A DNA stretch of 64,000 nucleotides from assembly GCA_973895155.1 (NCBI GenBank), contig OZ316893.1:23582015-23646014 (forward strand), read 5' to 3'. The DNA comes from Marsupella aquatica. Lineage: Eukaryota > Plantae > Marchantiophyta. Each line of letters begins with the position of its first letter. The stretch's first letter is position 1. Positions 26,985 through 38,982 of this stretch are shown here, one piece after another. Below the pieces are notes generated by a model. That model ran no database searches. It was given only the letters and a program-made list of their open reading frames with translations, and was not told the origin of the DNA. A program made the translations under genes and the position numbers.

Positions 26985-29900
26985 CTACTTAGGAATTTCA
27001 TGGTAAAAGCTAGGTAGCTAGCACTAGCTAGACCTAATTAATGACCACTTCCCTCCATGTATTGATTTTTTTGGCATATATATGTTATCTACATTGTCAT
27101 TACCATTTTTTTGTTGCATGTTACTTTACTTATATATACCACTTAAATCTCTGGGCTCTAGCTGTGGCTATATATTTGTGCTTTTAATATATATGAAATG
27201 AAAGCTTCCAATTCATTTCAAGTTGACCCTAGTTGAGTTCCCACATACTTCAAATGGAAATGGAGTCAAAAACCTATCGGAAACACAACATGCCTTAATT
27301 AGAAGCTAGGAAGATGATAAAACCCTCAAAAAACCCTGGCTCTACTGAAAACCGATATTTCCGATATTAAAAGAAACGGAACACATATGCCATACTACAG
27401 GTATCGGGAAACATTGGAAATGATGTCCGTTTGTAATGAGTTCGGACACAAGTCGGAACACATTTCCGATTCCAAAAATATCGGAAATGTTTCGTCCCTA
27501 AGTTCATCGGAACCAACATGCGATATTTTATTTATCGGACGCCTCTTGCGTCGCGGCAGTCTCATTGTCCGATGCAGGTAGAATGGGAAATTGTCCGATA
27601 GTTTTTACATGGGAAACTATTTCCGATTCTAATAGTATGGGACAGTATGTGTCCGATGTAGAATTTATGGTAAATCCCCGATGCGGGGACAATCGGAGAG
27701 TACCGATCTTCTCTGTATCGGAAAGTGTTGCCGACCGAAAGAAGAGCATCGGAAAAACCCAAAATATGTACCAGTGTTTGGTAAAGTAGAAGTGAATTCC
27801 GATGGTTGGATAACTCCCACATGTGATGGTAAGAACCGTTGGCATTCTGACCTAAGAGGAGAAGTATTGCGTTGGTTAGATTTGAGCATTACAGAGTTTA
27901 GGAGTCAAAACAAAGCTGATTGGGCTGCTATCTGCAAGGACATTCTTGAACGGTGGGACTATGTTGGTAATGATGGTAAGGGCCCAGTTGAAGATTGCAT
28001 ATCAGATTATGCAATGAGGATTTTGAAACAAGAGAGGCATAGGTTGAAAAGGTTGTGAATAGACAATGGTTCTAACAGGAGAATGCCACCACCCCCATCA
28101 TTGGAATTGGATCAATGGACACAGTTAATCAAAGGGTTCATGTCGGAGGCTGGGCAGAGCAAGAGTGAACTGATGTCAAATGCTCGAGGCAAAGTGAAAC
28201 ACCTGTCACAGGCTGGGAGAGGAAGTTATGCTCCAGTGAAAGAACAATTGGTAAGGCAGTGACATGCCTGATAGTAAGCCTCAAACTTATCATCTTGCTA
28301 CCATTATTACATTTTCATTGACAATCAACACTTGGTTTCATTCATATGTATGTTGATGTGGACTGCAAAAGAAATTGACAGGTGAAGAACCATCAGCACA
28401 AGAAGTGAGAGAGGAGTTCATGAAACAAAGGAGTGAGGTGACAAGTGTGACTTCCAAACAGGTGATTATGTTGTAATTTTGTATGTTCTGTGACTATTTG
28501 GCCTTGAGCATCAGAAAGAATTGTAGTAGGAAGTAAGCAACCAGTTCTTGGGGATAATTATCTGAGATATGTAAGCTGTGTTATGACAGGGAACTGTTAC
28601 AACTCTCACAGAGATGTGTGAACGGTTGAAGTCATTAGAGTGTGGACTCCCTCGAGTGGAAAGTAAATTGGCTGATCGTTTGGATATTGTGGAGGCATCT
28701 GTAGCGAACCTTCTTGCATCAGTGGAATCTAATTTCAAGCTTGTGATTGAAAAATTGGGTGGTTCCCAACCAAACAATGAGGGCAACATTGTACAAAGTG
28801 TGCCCTTGTTAACAAAAAGGGAATTGGCAAATCTGACACAGGTATGGAAATAACACCGACCCATTGTTCATTGTGTCCTATGTTCAAATGTTAGAAGTAA
28901 GTTTTCATGAATTGAGTGAATGGTTTGAATGCAGGAAGAGTGGAGGCAGAGAAGGACCCTGTAATCAGTAAGCAGAATGGCAAAAAGGTTGCTGAGACAG
29001 GTAACCTGCTATGATCCAGTACATTACATTTGAAAAGTGCATGGAGTTTTGTGAAGCTTAAGCCGGTTGGAGGTAATCTTTTCTGTAAGAACTGGTTGGA
29101 TCAACTGGAATCTGAAGTGACATCATGATTGATGTATCAGGTGATTCAAAGAGCAATGAAAAAGATGTGCCCAGTGCCTCAGTGACCATAGCCAAGGAGG
29201 TATCAGGTAAGTTGATGCTTTAAATTCCTCTCCTACCATTGTTGAGAAACAATTTAGTGGTTAATAGATTGAACTTGAATATTGTGGTGTGTTTATTGAT
29301 CAACAGAAGCAGACATGGAGGATATGGCAATGGCAAAGAAGGGGAAGAAGGCTGTTCATAATGGTAAGGAGATAGTGACAACTTTGTGGTTGGTGACATG
29401 TACATGGCGCACATGTGATGAGTGATTCACTTATGTTGGACAATGCACTGAATTGTAGTTGATGTAGAGTTGACAGACTCTCAACCAAGTGGGAGCAGGG
29501 TGAAGCGACGTCGAAACTTGGGAGCAACATTGGATGCAAGTAAGATTGTAGATGCTTCAATTGAAGCAAGTACAATGTTGGCAGATACTGAGATGATGTC
29601 GCAGGGAAATCCTGCTACACAATCGAAAGTGTCAAATATGGATGCAGATTCTTTGAAGAAGAGTGTAGCCAATTCTCGATCACCATCACAAAACACTCGT
29701 GCCAAAGTCATGACTCGCAACCAAGGTATGAATAATGTCATGTATAAGCCACCCAGGAAAGCCAAGAAAAACAGCCAGGGTAAGGTGGAGGTGATAGCCA
29801 CAGCAGAGCCAGTCCATAATCTTCTATCATGGGAGAATGACTCGCAGGTATGTGTGGGTACAGGCATTTTGCGACCGGATCATGCTAAATTCCATGGCAA

Positions 29901-30505
29901 AGTGGTCCCGGATGACCATGTAGTAGTGTTGTTGACTACAGTGATTGTATCTGATTGTAATTTGCCATTTCCGAATAGAGACGATGATCCACCTCAAGAA
30001 ATAATTGCAGATGCAGTAGGATCTCTTGTGCTCTGGCCATCAGAGTGTGTTAGTCTGCAGTGACTGAATACAAGTGTAGATAGAATCATGTGAATTGTGT
30101 TACATTTTGACATTGCCTTGGAAAAATCCAAGAAATATCTGTACCAATTTTTCCATTTGGTAAAGAGGATGAAGGAGCCGTTGTGTGTGACATTGATATT
30201 TCTGAATTCTGTATGTATGAAACAAGTGATTGATGTCAAACTATGGCTCTATGGTGATTGTCTATGATACTTGAATCTGTTTTGTATCAATTCAGTATTA
30301 GTGTGTATGGTATAGACGAATGCTTTGTGACCTTCTTTGTAGTCTATGATGTTTGAATCTGTGAATTCATATTAGTGTACATGGTATAGAAGATGGCTTT
30401 CTGAAAATTTGTGTGAGGTTCTAATGTTAACATGGTGAATGGTGACCTTATAGAGTGAGTTCATTCCAAGTACACAATAAAACATGAATGGAATGTGTTA
30501 TTTGT

Positions 30506-33500
30506 TGTCGCGTCCCTAACCTGGGCCTTAAATCCAGTTTAGTGCCATGGCGCGACCTCGACCACCAGTAGGGGTGAGGGTTCGGGCAAGGAGGTGTGTA
30601 GTGGCCCTGATTAGCCCTAAGTCGGGCTAAGCCGATATACTTACTGGTATAACACTTAAGCAATTCGTACTAGTCATAGGTATCTTTTATTTTCCACCGC
30701 TGGAATCCTCCCTCAGTTAGTGACTCGGACTAACTCCCGGCTTGGGGCTTTTCAAGCCATCGACGCGACAGAACCTTGTGACATACAATGGGTGGCAATC
30801 CCTATCATTAGTCCGCACCCGGTACATCCCTTAAAATGGTGCCTTTGCCCAAACAAAGCATACTCACAACTCCAGTTACTTGCGGAAACATTAGAGGGAA
30901 AAGACTACATTTACTCAGCGAAGCATCAGTTTACATGGTTGACTCGACTTCAAAGGGGGTCAGTAGGCCCAACGGCAGTCGATGCCCAGTCTCTACGAGG
31001 CCCCGCCTCGCACTTGCCCAGCAAGCTCGACTCTGGCTCTCACTCCTTGGTGCGCTCTGACCCTGCTCAGGCCGGGACTCCCCGTGCCTCACCTTTCTTC
31101 TGCTGAGATAACTAAGCCTTCTCCCCCTTCCATAGCGGAAGGGGAAGCCTAAATACTACAGTTTGCAGAAGAGAACCGGAGGATACTACCTTCCGGGATA
31201 CTACCTACTGACTAACTACCTTCTGACTACTGGCCATGCCGCACTGACTGGTTGACCGTCGACGACAAGGGTGCCGACCGGGATGGCAGTGGCCAAGCCT
31301 ACTGACAAAAATCTAGTCCGTTGATGGACTCCATCCTACGTTGGTTGATCCTAATTGATCCGGCCCTAATTCTTCCTACTGCCGCTAATCGGCGCCTAAT
31401 GACAGCCATTCTGTCGTTATACCTAACCGAAAGATGCCGCTGACTTAACTGCCTCGCGCGGTGCCTGCTTCCACCCTTCGCTAACCACCCCTTACGTGTG
31501 TGCTGTGGTTGGACCAAGGCTGGTCCCCTTGTCAGGGCGACACCTCAAGCCGCCTTGATCAGAGGTGGGCCCAGGTTTTCCCCGCTAGAGGACGAGCAGG
31601 GTAACGTGGTCCTGCAAGGCCTTGTTGTCCCGCACCGCCTCCTCCGCCTCATTTGCAGCTTCATCGGCCTCGGTCTGGAGCCGCGCTACCTCCAGGTTGA
31701 GCTGGTTAATGGAGTCGCGATGGATTTGGTCCTGCGCCAGCAATTTATCCCATTCGGCGGAGAGACTAGCTACCTGCTGTGCTGCCTGCAGGAATTGTTT
31801 ATTAAGGTCGGTCAGGTTGGTAACCCGAGCCGAAGATTCTGAACGTAATTGAAGCACGGTGTCGTCCAGCTTCTTGAGATCTGCTTGCACTCCGCTTAAC
31901 TCGTGGGTTAGTCCGTCCCTCTGTTCGACGGTGCGGACTAACTCCTCGCGGCGGGTAGTGGCCTCCTCCTCGAGGTGCTCTACCAGCATCTGGAGGCGGC
32001 CGATTTCATTCCCCTTCGCCATGAGTTCTTCTTCCAAGCGGCTTACGATCCGTGGTTGGTGCTCTAACATGAAGAAGGCTGGTTGAAAGTACGCCAAGAC
32101 TTGTTGTCCGATGTACGTTGCCAGCTCCCCAGACATAGTCTGGCTAAACTTCTGGACCAGGTCGTAGGCCATGGTCCTCGGGGCTACTTGGTAGTCCTCC
32201 ATCCTCTCGGGTACCGGTGGTTCCTCGGGCGGGGCAACGAGCTCCTCCGTAGTCTGTGCTGGGGAGGGGAAGGTTTCTTCAGGTTGTGGAGGGATTGGGG
32301 GTGGTTGTACTACGGGTAGCGAAGGCTCGACGGAAGGGGGCAGCGGAATTTCCACAAGAGGAGGTGGCGGAGTATTAGTCGGGGCTTCCGGCTCGGGGTT
32401 TGCCCGAGGGACGGTAGTCCGCGCTCTCGGGGTATCCTCCTCTGGGGCGGGGGTGACATTAGTCGGGGCTGAGGTGGCCATATTCTTTCCTCTGGCCTCC
32501 TGCCGTGCCTTGTACCAGGCGAGGATAATGGCGATATGACTTCCCAAGTAAGTCTTCCCCCCAATAGCCATACCACCCTGAGCCCGCTTCAGCTCCCCCG
32601 AGAATCTTTGGTAGAAGAATTGGGCCCAGTTCCGCCGTTTGTACTGTTCCACCTGCACGATTGTGTAGAGGGAAATCTCGGATCGTGGCTCAATCATGTG
32701 TAGGGTAGTCCGTATGAAGTTAAGATGCTCCATGCAGATTAAGTTGGTGCACGACCCCTGCTTGTATCCGTTGTCCGTCTTACCCTCGGGTTTGAAATGC
32801 CGCGGTGTATACTCCTTATCCCGAATTCAAAGTTCAACCGGCACTGGCCCGGTTGGCAAGCAGAAGATTTGCGTTAACCGATGCTCCGTGAGGGATAAGG
32901 CCTGCCCCAAAACCTTGGTGGTCGATGCGTCAGTGTCGAAATTGGAGATGAACTCACAAATCTCCTTCGGCCCAGCGGCGCATGGCCTCCATAGCAAGTG
33001 AGCGAACTGCTCCAACTGATGCTCCTTGAGATAGTCTGCATGCTTGAGTTTCTTGATCGCGATCCAGACTACTTCGGGGATGTGGATTACCTGTAATAAG
33101 TTGGACTTCGGGTTATCCGGGGGCCGTCAGGTCTGGTTGGCCGGGGGGTTTGCCGGGGTAGATGCAGGCGCGGCATTGGTTTGCGTTGTTGATTCGGAGG
33201 CCATCGTCATCCTTGGTCGCTTACGAGAATGTTGTTCGAGTTGCGGACTAACTCGCTCGGAACCCAAAGAACACTCTGTGTTGATCACTGGACGGACTTG
33301 GGACCGGTTCGGCGGTACGCCGGTGGTCATCGGCTGAGGCACTGGTGGTATCGGGGTAGCCATATCCCAATTGAAGGCATTGGAGCTTTCCCCGAGGAAC
33401 GTAAGATTACGCGCCGCTTCCCGTTGTCTGCTGATGTCTTCTTGACGCTTTTCGGCTGCGATCTGCTGGTCTAGGTACCCCGGAATCTTATCAAACTCCG

Positions 33501-34360
33501 CTTGAGTAAGCCGCTGGCTACCCTTCAGCTTAAAGAACTTCCCTGGGACTTCAAGAATCGCCTCTGCTACCGATCTAAGCCCTTCCTCGCTGAGATATAG
33601 TTCGGTGATGTAGTCTCGCAGCTCGTTGTAGCTGGAATCCCTGGTGATGGCTGTCCTTTCGCAATTAACCAGTGCTACCTTGGTCACCAACTTCACGTAT
33701 CTTCGTTCGTAAGCGGCTTTCTCGGGACAAGAGTACCAGTAAGTCTTGGAGAACTTAGCACCTACCTCGCCAAACAAGGTCCAGAATCCCAAGGCTGTAA
33801 GGGTCATACTAACCTCGTAGTCCGGTTCGTTGAGTCCACGTTCCCACCCGGCTGGTCCTTTTGCTCATGGAGGCCTTGCTCGTCCTGACTAAATCTCGCC
33901 ACATTCCGCTCTTATCCCTTGATAATCTCCTTGTAAAGGTCGACTTGATTTGATCAGAAAGGTGAGTGGATGGCAACGTCCGCAAATTCCAAAAAGGTGG
34001 AATTGAGCAAATGGCCCGCAGCACCATCGGCTCCTCTCTTATGGAGGTGCCAGGGTGAGCCCGAGCGTGAGAAGGCCAGGCTGTTTTGGTCATTGATAAT
34101 GAGCTGAAGTCAGCGCCTCGGTCCAAGCGTGATTCTTCTAACTGATTTTTACTCCGCTGCCACCACCGTACCTCGGTCGCGCGTAATAATCCTCTTCCTA
34201 AACTTGTAATCATTCGGTCATCTTAACCTACTCCTAATCTATTCACAATGGCAACAGACGGCTATACGTGCTATTCTACGCTACGGCTACGGTTCTAACA
34301 TCCGTATAAGACCTAATCTACGACCTGGGTTCGGTTAAGTGACACGTTACCCGTGTCACA
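30506..34360 (-). mobile_element. 3855-bp TGT...ACA element (solo-LTR-like) with an internal gene
   Basis: Begins TGTCG, ends GTGTCACA; 5-bp TSD TTTGT (30501-30505, 34361-34365); no internal direct repeat and no gag/pol motifs seen. Confidence 0.88.
31585..33807 (-). pseudogene. Single 741-codon frame: N-terminal domain, plant-mobile-domain-like region, Pro-rich linker, coiled coil
   Basis: ORFs 33127-33807, 32827-33015 and 31585-32733 are in one frame, separated only by two TGA codons; homologous to 52334-54987. Confidence 0.85.
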
Positions 34361-34994
34361 TTTGTGCACAAGAGTGAGTTCATTCCAAGTAGTATAGTGG
34401 GGTCTTCATCACTCATTTCCAGTTGACATGAAAGACTTGTACATACCCCACAAAGTGTCTACTTTAGTCGTTTTATAAACCCACAAAGTATACTTAAAGA
34501 CTACCCTTCATAACCTTTTGAGTCGTTCCCAATGACTCACCATCGCAGCCCATAAAAGACTGAAAAAGACTCACCAAACCTACCCACACAAAGACTACAA
34601 TAGACTGAAAATCCAGTCTATAAAATGACTTATAAACCAGTTCTATAAAGGACTCAGTTGATCATAGTAACAAAACATACGACTCATAGTCCTATAAAGG
34701 ACTGGAGTCCTTCCCAGTCGTTTCCAAGTCCTATACGGTACTGAATAGTCCTTTAATGGGGTCTAAATACCCCCCGGTTTCTACTAGTGAATGCATGTAG
34801 GCCGAGCGGGCGGTTTGTTTGAAGCCAGTAGAGGAAATTTTACCCAAGTCGTTGGTGATTGAATCCAACCAACATCCATTTTCAATCCGCAGCAGTCCTG
34901 AGGTAATAATGTAGGTGTTGGCCCGATATGCTTGCTTATACTTTGAGTTTGCACCACAACTTTCCTCTGTACTAGCGTATTTTTGAATGCCGTC

Positions 34995-37600
34995 ATGGAT
35001 GCCTCAACTGATAATCCAGAAGCTCCTAGAACTTCTACTCTTGAGCTAGGAGAAATGGAAATAGTTACAGTCCCAGACCCTGTTCTCCCTCGTAGCAGCA
35101 GAGTCCGGTCCACTAGCAAACCAACCACGTATGTCTCCCAAGCTACAGATCGTGCTTCTCCCGACTCTCCAGCTCTTGTAGAGAGTATCAAAACTGCAAA
35201 ACCAAAGACTAAGGTGGAGCCGCCTCTAGAGCCATGGGATCCTAAAGATTATGTGAAGGACGCAGAGTATTTCCATGTCACATTTGGTCTTCCAAATGAA
35301 GGTGTTAATCCTCATAAGATCAAAGACATTTCCAAGGAGCAATTGGCCGAAGTGTTTGGAGAGAAAGACAGGAATGGGTATAAGTTGAGTCTCTGTGTGG
35401 GCCTCCCAATTGAGGAGGTTTTGCAGCTATCCCAAGTCGTGGATGGTTACGATGCACCAGTGAATGGATTCTTGTCTTTTCACTTTCATCAAAGGGGCAT
35501 ATGCAGAAAGGATCCAAAGGCGAAAGGTGGACTGGTGTGTGTATGCGGTGTCGAAGCTGAAGGGGCAAATTGCCCAATGGGAGCGAGATGGCAAGGGTAA
35601 GCCAGATGGGCCTCCTTGCATTAGGAGGTTGCGTCTGTATTTGCCACCAGTGCCTCAGGAATTTAGTGAAGATACTCAGAATCGGGTTAGGAAAAAGATT
35701 TGTATCAAGCATCAAGCGCCAGGGGACAAAGCTCATCCAGGGACAGCCAATTTAGGAGCGGATTTTGGTAGCAAGGGAAGCGCACACGAGAGCGCACATC
35801 CCAAACCATTGGAGGCTGCCCTTTCTGCCCCCGCAACAACGCTTCTCCCTGCCAAGCCTATTTCTCCTGTTGTCCCTATAGTGCCAAGAAGTCTTTTGCT
35901 TGCTATTCTGGATGGGCAAATAGTCACGATCAAATGCAGTCTTAGAGACACCCATGAGAGCATCAGTAAGGTTCAGAAGACTGTGCAAGACTTGGAGGCA
36001 GCAAATGAGGATCATCCAAAACTCAGCTCTGGTCTGGTGGACCAACTTCAGAAACTACAGCAAGAATTGCAAGATGTGAGAATCAAAGTGAAGGCCGCAG
36101 ACACCTTGTATGATGACATGTCAACGGAAATAGAGCTTGAGGAGCTCAAGGGAGAGCAAGATGAGGAGGTACAATGTCAGACCTGTCCCTGTGTCCATCA
36201 AACTATCTGTAGGCTGGATATATATGTTTAGTTGAGATGTTGGATTCAATTTAGCAGGACAAGGCATTGATGCATTGACGACGAGCTGCAAATAATGTTG
36301 TCGTGTGCATATCTTTGTTGGGGTGGGCAGGAAAGCTATGTTGTTATCCTGCAACAAAAGTTGGAGGAGGGTAACAAGGCCATGGAGGCTTTGAAGGAAT
36401 CTGAGTCATTTATCCTAAAGGGGATGGCTACATTTGAGAAGCTCATTGAGACCAGGAAGAAGCGCTTTGAACAGTTACCACACAAGGTGGCTTGTTTGAA
36501 AGTTGTGGAATCACAGTTGGAAGGACATGTGAAGCGTTTGGAGTTGGCTGCAGCAGCTCAAAAGGCTGAATTGTCCATTTTGGAGCCTGTGTTGTCCAAT
36601 CCATGTCCAGCATTGCAGCCTCAATTTGTTCCCACATCAACTGCGATAGTGGGAACTGAAGTGTTTGTGAGTAATTGTCCAGTTTGTTGCCACGGGTATC
36701 ATTGTTTCAATTGGGTTCCAGCAAGTTGTGGCCACGCCTATCATCCGCATTGTTTTTTTACCTTGTTGGGGGATAAAACAAGGACAAGTTGTTGCTTTGC
36801 TTGTGGGGAACCCTTTTGTGAAGATTGGATTCGAAGTTGGGGTCTTCCAAAGAGAGCGGTAGACAAGCTGCCGTCAGGTGAAGGCTCCTATATTCAGGAT
36901 TTGAAGGCAACATATGGGGCTAACAGTGCCCAATTGGGCACATGTCATCACCTTTTGCAACAGATGCAGTCCACGCAAGCAATGGTATGTGTATAACCAG
37001 ACTAGGCTTGCAGGTCATGTTTAGGTAGTTGGACAGTTTGAGTTTTTAGTTGGGCCATTAAGTGAATGTCGTCATTGTGTGTGCAGGAACAAGCCGAGGT
37101 CCAAGCAACTGTGTTGTTGAACAATGTGGACCACACTAGTGTGGTGCATGAACAGGGTGCCCCTATGGATGAGTCTCCTGAAATGCCAGTGTTCAATTCC
37201 ACAGTAGCCATCGGACTGCATGTGAGGAAGAAACAGAAGCAGGAGAGTGAAGTAGCTAGCAAGGTGACCAGTACCCCATTGACATCTCTTGAGCTTGGCA
37301 CCTTGCCCTTCACTCCTGAGTCTCTCTCTCATGTTTCATTCAGGCAACTGTTGAGCCTTGTTCAAACTGAAGCAGGAGAAACATCTCCTCCACAGTCCAG
37401 GAGTGCAATCCAATCCCAAGTTGTTCCTCCCAAGTCATCAAACTCCAGGAAAAGATTGCAACTTCTTGTGAGAGACCCGTAGCAAAAGGAAGAAGGTTTT
37501 TCTCTGGGTGCTGTAAACTGAATAATATAGAAAATCGTTTTATGTGCAGCAAACTAAATCAGGGCGGAAAACAAGAGCCACTACTGTGAACTAGTTGTAG
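34995..37600 (+). pseudogene. Multi-exon gene: plant-mobile-domain-like region, coiled coil and RING-H2 finger
   Basis: NGYKLSLC..KGAYAERIQRRKVDWC with a frameshift near 35480; coiled coil; RING CPVC-x-CGHAYHPHC-x-CFAC in 36295-36996; GT-AG introns. End approximate. Confidence 0.65.
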
Positions 37601-37694
37601 AGATCAAGCAGGTAACTATGGGTTTCCTACCTTGTGATGTTCTTTTGTCCTTTATTTGTTTGCCTTTGGTTGTCATTATGGTTTGTCACACTAG

Positions 37695-38300
37695 CAGGAC
37701 TCGGACAACAAGGGCCAAGGAGTTCAAGTCCTTCTTAAGGACTTTCAGTTCTTTCTTGAGCACTTAAAGTCCTTCATAAGCACTTGAAGTCCTTATTGGA
37801 GTCGTGGGGCAAGGACTGGGAGTCCTTCGGCCATGACTAGGACTTGGAGTCCTTGGGCAGAGTCCTTGGGAAAGGACTAGTAGTCATTGGGCAAGGACCC
37901 CGAGTCCTTGGGAAAGGACACGGAGTCCTTGGGCAGAGTCCTTGGGAAAGGACTAGTAGTCATTGGGCAAGGACCCCGAGTCCTTGGGAAAGGACATGGA
38001 GTCCTTGGGGGAAAGGACACAGAGTCCTTGGGAAAGGACACGGAGTCCTTGGGGGAAAGGACACGGAGTCCTTGGGCAAGGAGAGGGAGTCCTTGGGCAA
38101 GGACCCGGAGTCCTTGGGAGTCCTTCGGAGTCCTTGGGGAAGGACCCCGAGTCCTTGGGGAAGGACAGGAGTCCTTGGGCAAGGACACTTAGTCCATCGA
38201 CAAGAACACTGAGTCCTTGGCTAAGTCCTTCGATAAGGACTCTAAGGATTTACCAAGGACTTGGAGTGAGGAAGGACTTGAAGTCCTTGGGAAATCCTTG
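37695..38300. repeat. Minisatellite of ~21-bp quasi-palindromic units GAGTCCTTGGGnAAGGAC
   Basis: About 20 successive GTCCTT...AAGGAC units. Confidence 0.92.
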
Positions 38301-38402
38301 CAAAAGTCTGTCGAGTGAGAAAGTGCAAGAGTCTTTGGTTAGTTTGTTTGATTCAAATTGTTGAATTCTTGATTTTGAGAATGAGGTGCTTCAGTTTTGC
38401 AG

Positions 38403-38982
38403 ATGGAGAAGCTTAGCGTATATGATACTCTCCATGAGGTCAGGATTGATCAGATATGGGGTCTATGTGCTGGAGCCTTTACTTATGAAGGCTGTGGGGG
38501 AGTTTTGAGTGACGGCCGTCCCTGCACCTTGGGAAAGCACAAACGGAGGTTGAGAATGCAGAATCCTGAGTCACCCTTAGGTCCTCGATCACGCAACAGA
38601 CTCCAGCACTCTTGTTCTAGGGATGGGGAAGGAACATATATGTATTGTTTTGCTGTGCAGGTTGGCGATGTGGTGCTTCAAGTGAATGAAGCTAATGGTC
38701 TGCAGTTGATGGGATCTCGGGCCAGGACTATAGGGATTCTGATGATGAGAGGAGAGATGAGATCAGGGATCAGGTTTTGGCAAGGACTTGGATCATCAGG
38801 TATGTCAAGGGTGACAAGGGAGGAGATCTGCCTTGAGCATTGTACTTTGAAGAAATCAAAGTCGAGGCTCCAGCAGACGAGTCGTCTGTGGCCGAAGTTG
38901 GCCTTAGCAAGCTTAAGAATATTGTTGCTGACCTAGGGTCAGACATACTGGAGACATTCAGGTCTTTTAGCATCAAAAAGTA
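38403..38982 (+). pseudogene. RPA1 C-terminal-like Zn-OB-fold fragment
   Basis: FTYEGC..C.LGK..EC..YMYCFAVQVGD..GLQLMG..DY..W spacing resembles Rep_fac-A_C; frameshifts present. Confidence 0.5.

Larger units (their letters stand above)
17525..27776 (+). mobile_element. Complete CACTA/EnSpm transposon, 10252 bp, carrying a SET-domain exon
   Basis: TIRs CACTAGTACATTTT and AAATATGTACCAGTG; 3-bp TSD TTT (17522-17524, 27777-27779); dense TCCGAT/ATCGGA repeats at both ends; divergently transcribed accessory and transposase genes. Confidence 0.93.
16635..30063 (+). pseudogene. TnpA-like (Ptta/EnSpm ORF2) multi-exon gene of the outer CACTA, interrupted by the 17525-27776 element
   Basis: The frame rejoins across the insertion (..VGDSNK-F-GKVEVNSDGW..; the TTT TSD is the Phe codon). 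Later exons include a coiled coil (28614-28853) and end VGTGIL..FHGKVVP..LPFPN..VGSLVLWP (29470-30063), typical of CACTA ORF2. TGA stop at 28056. Confidence 0.75.
15699..34789 (+). mobile_element. Outer CACTA/EnSpm element, 5'-truncated, hosting two nested insertions
   Basis: Right end TTTCTACTAGTG at 34778-34789 with GACT/AGTC subterminal repeats (34400-34760); contains a transposase C-terminal exon and a TnpA-like gene. Confidence 0.8.

Noticed and set aside
37844-38364. Overlapping ORFs with repeated ESLGKD/SPW peptides
   Set aside because: Artefacts of the 21-bp minisatellite, open in several frames on both strands.
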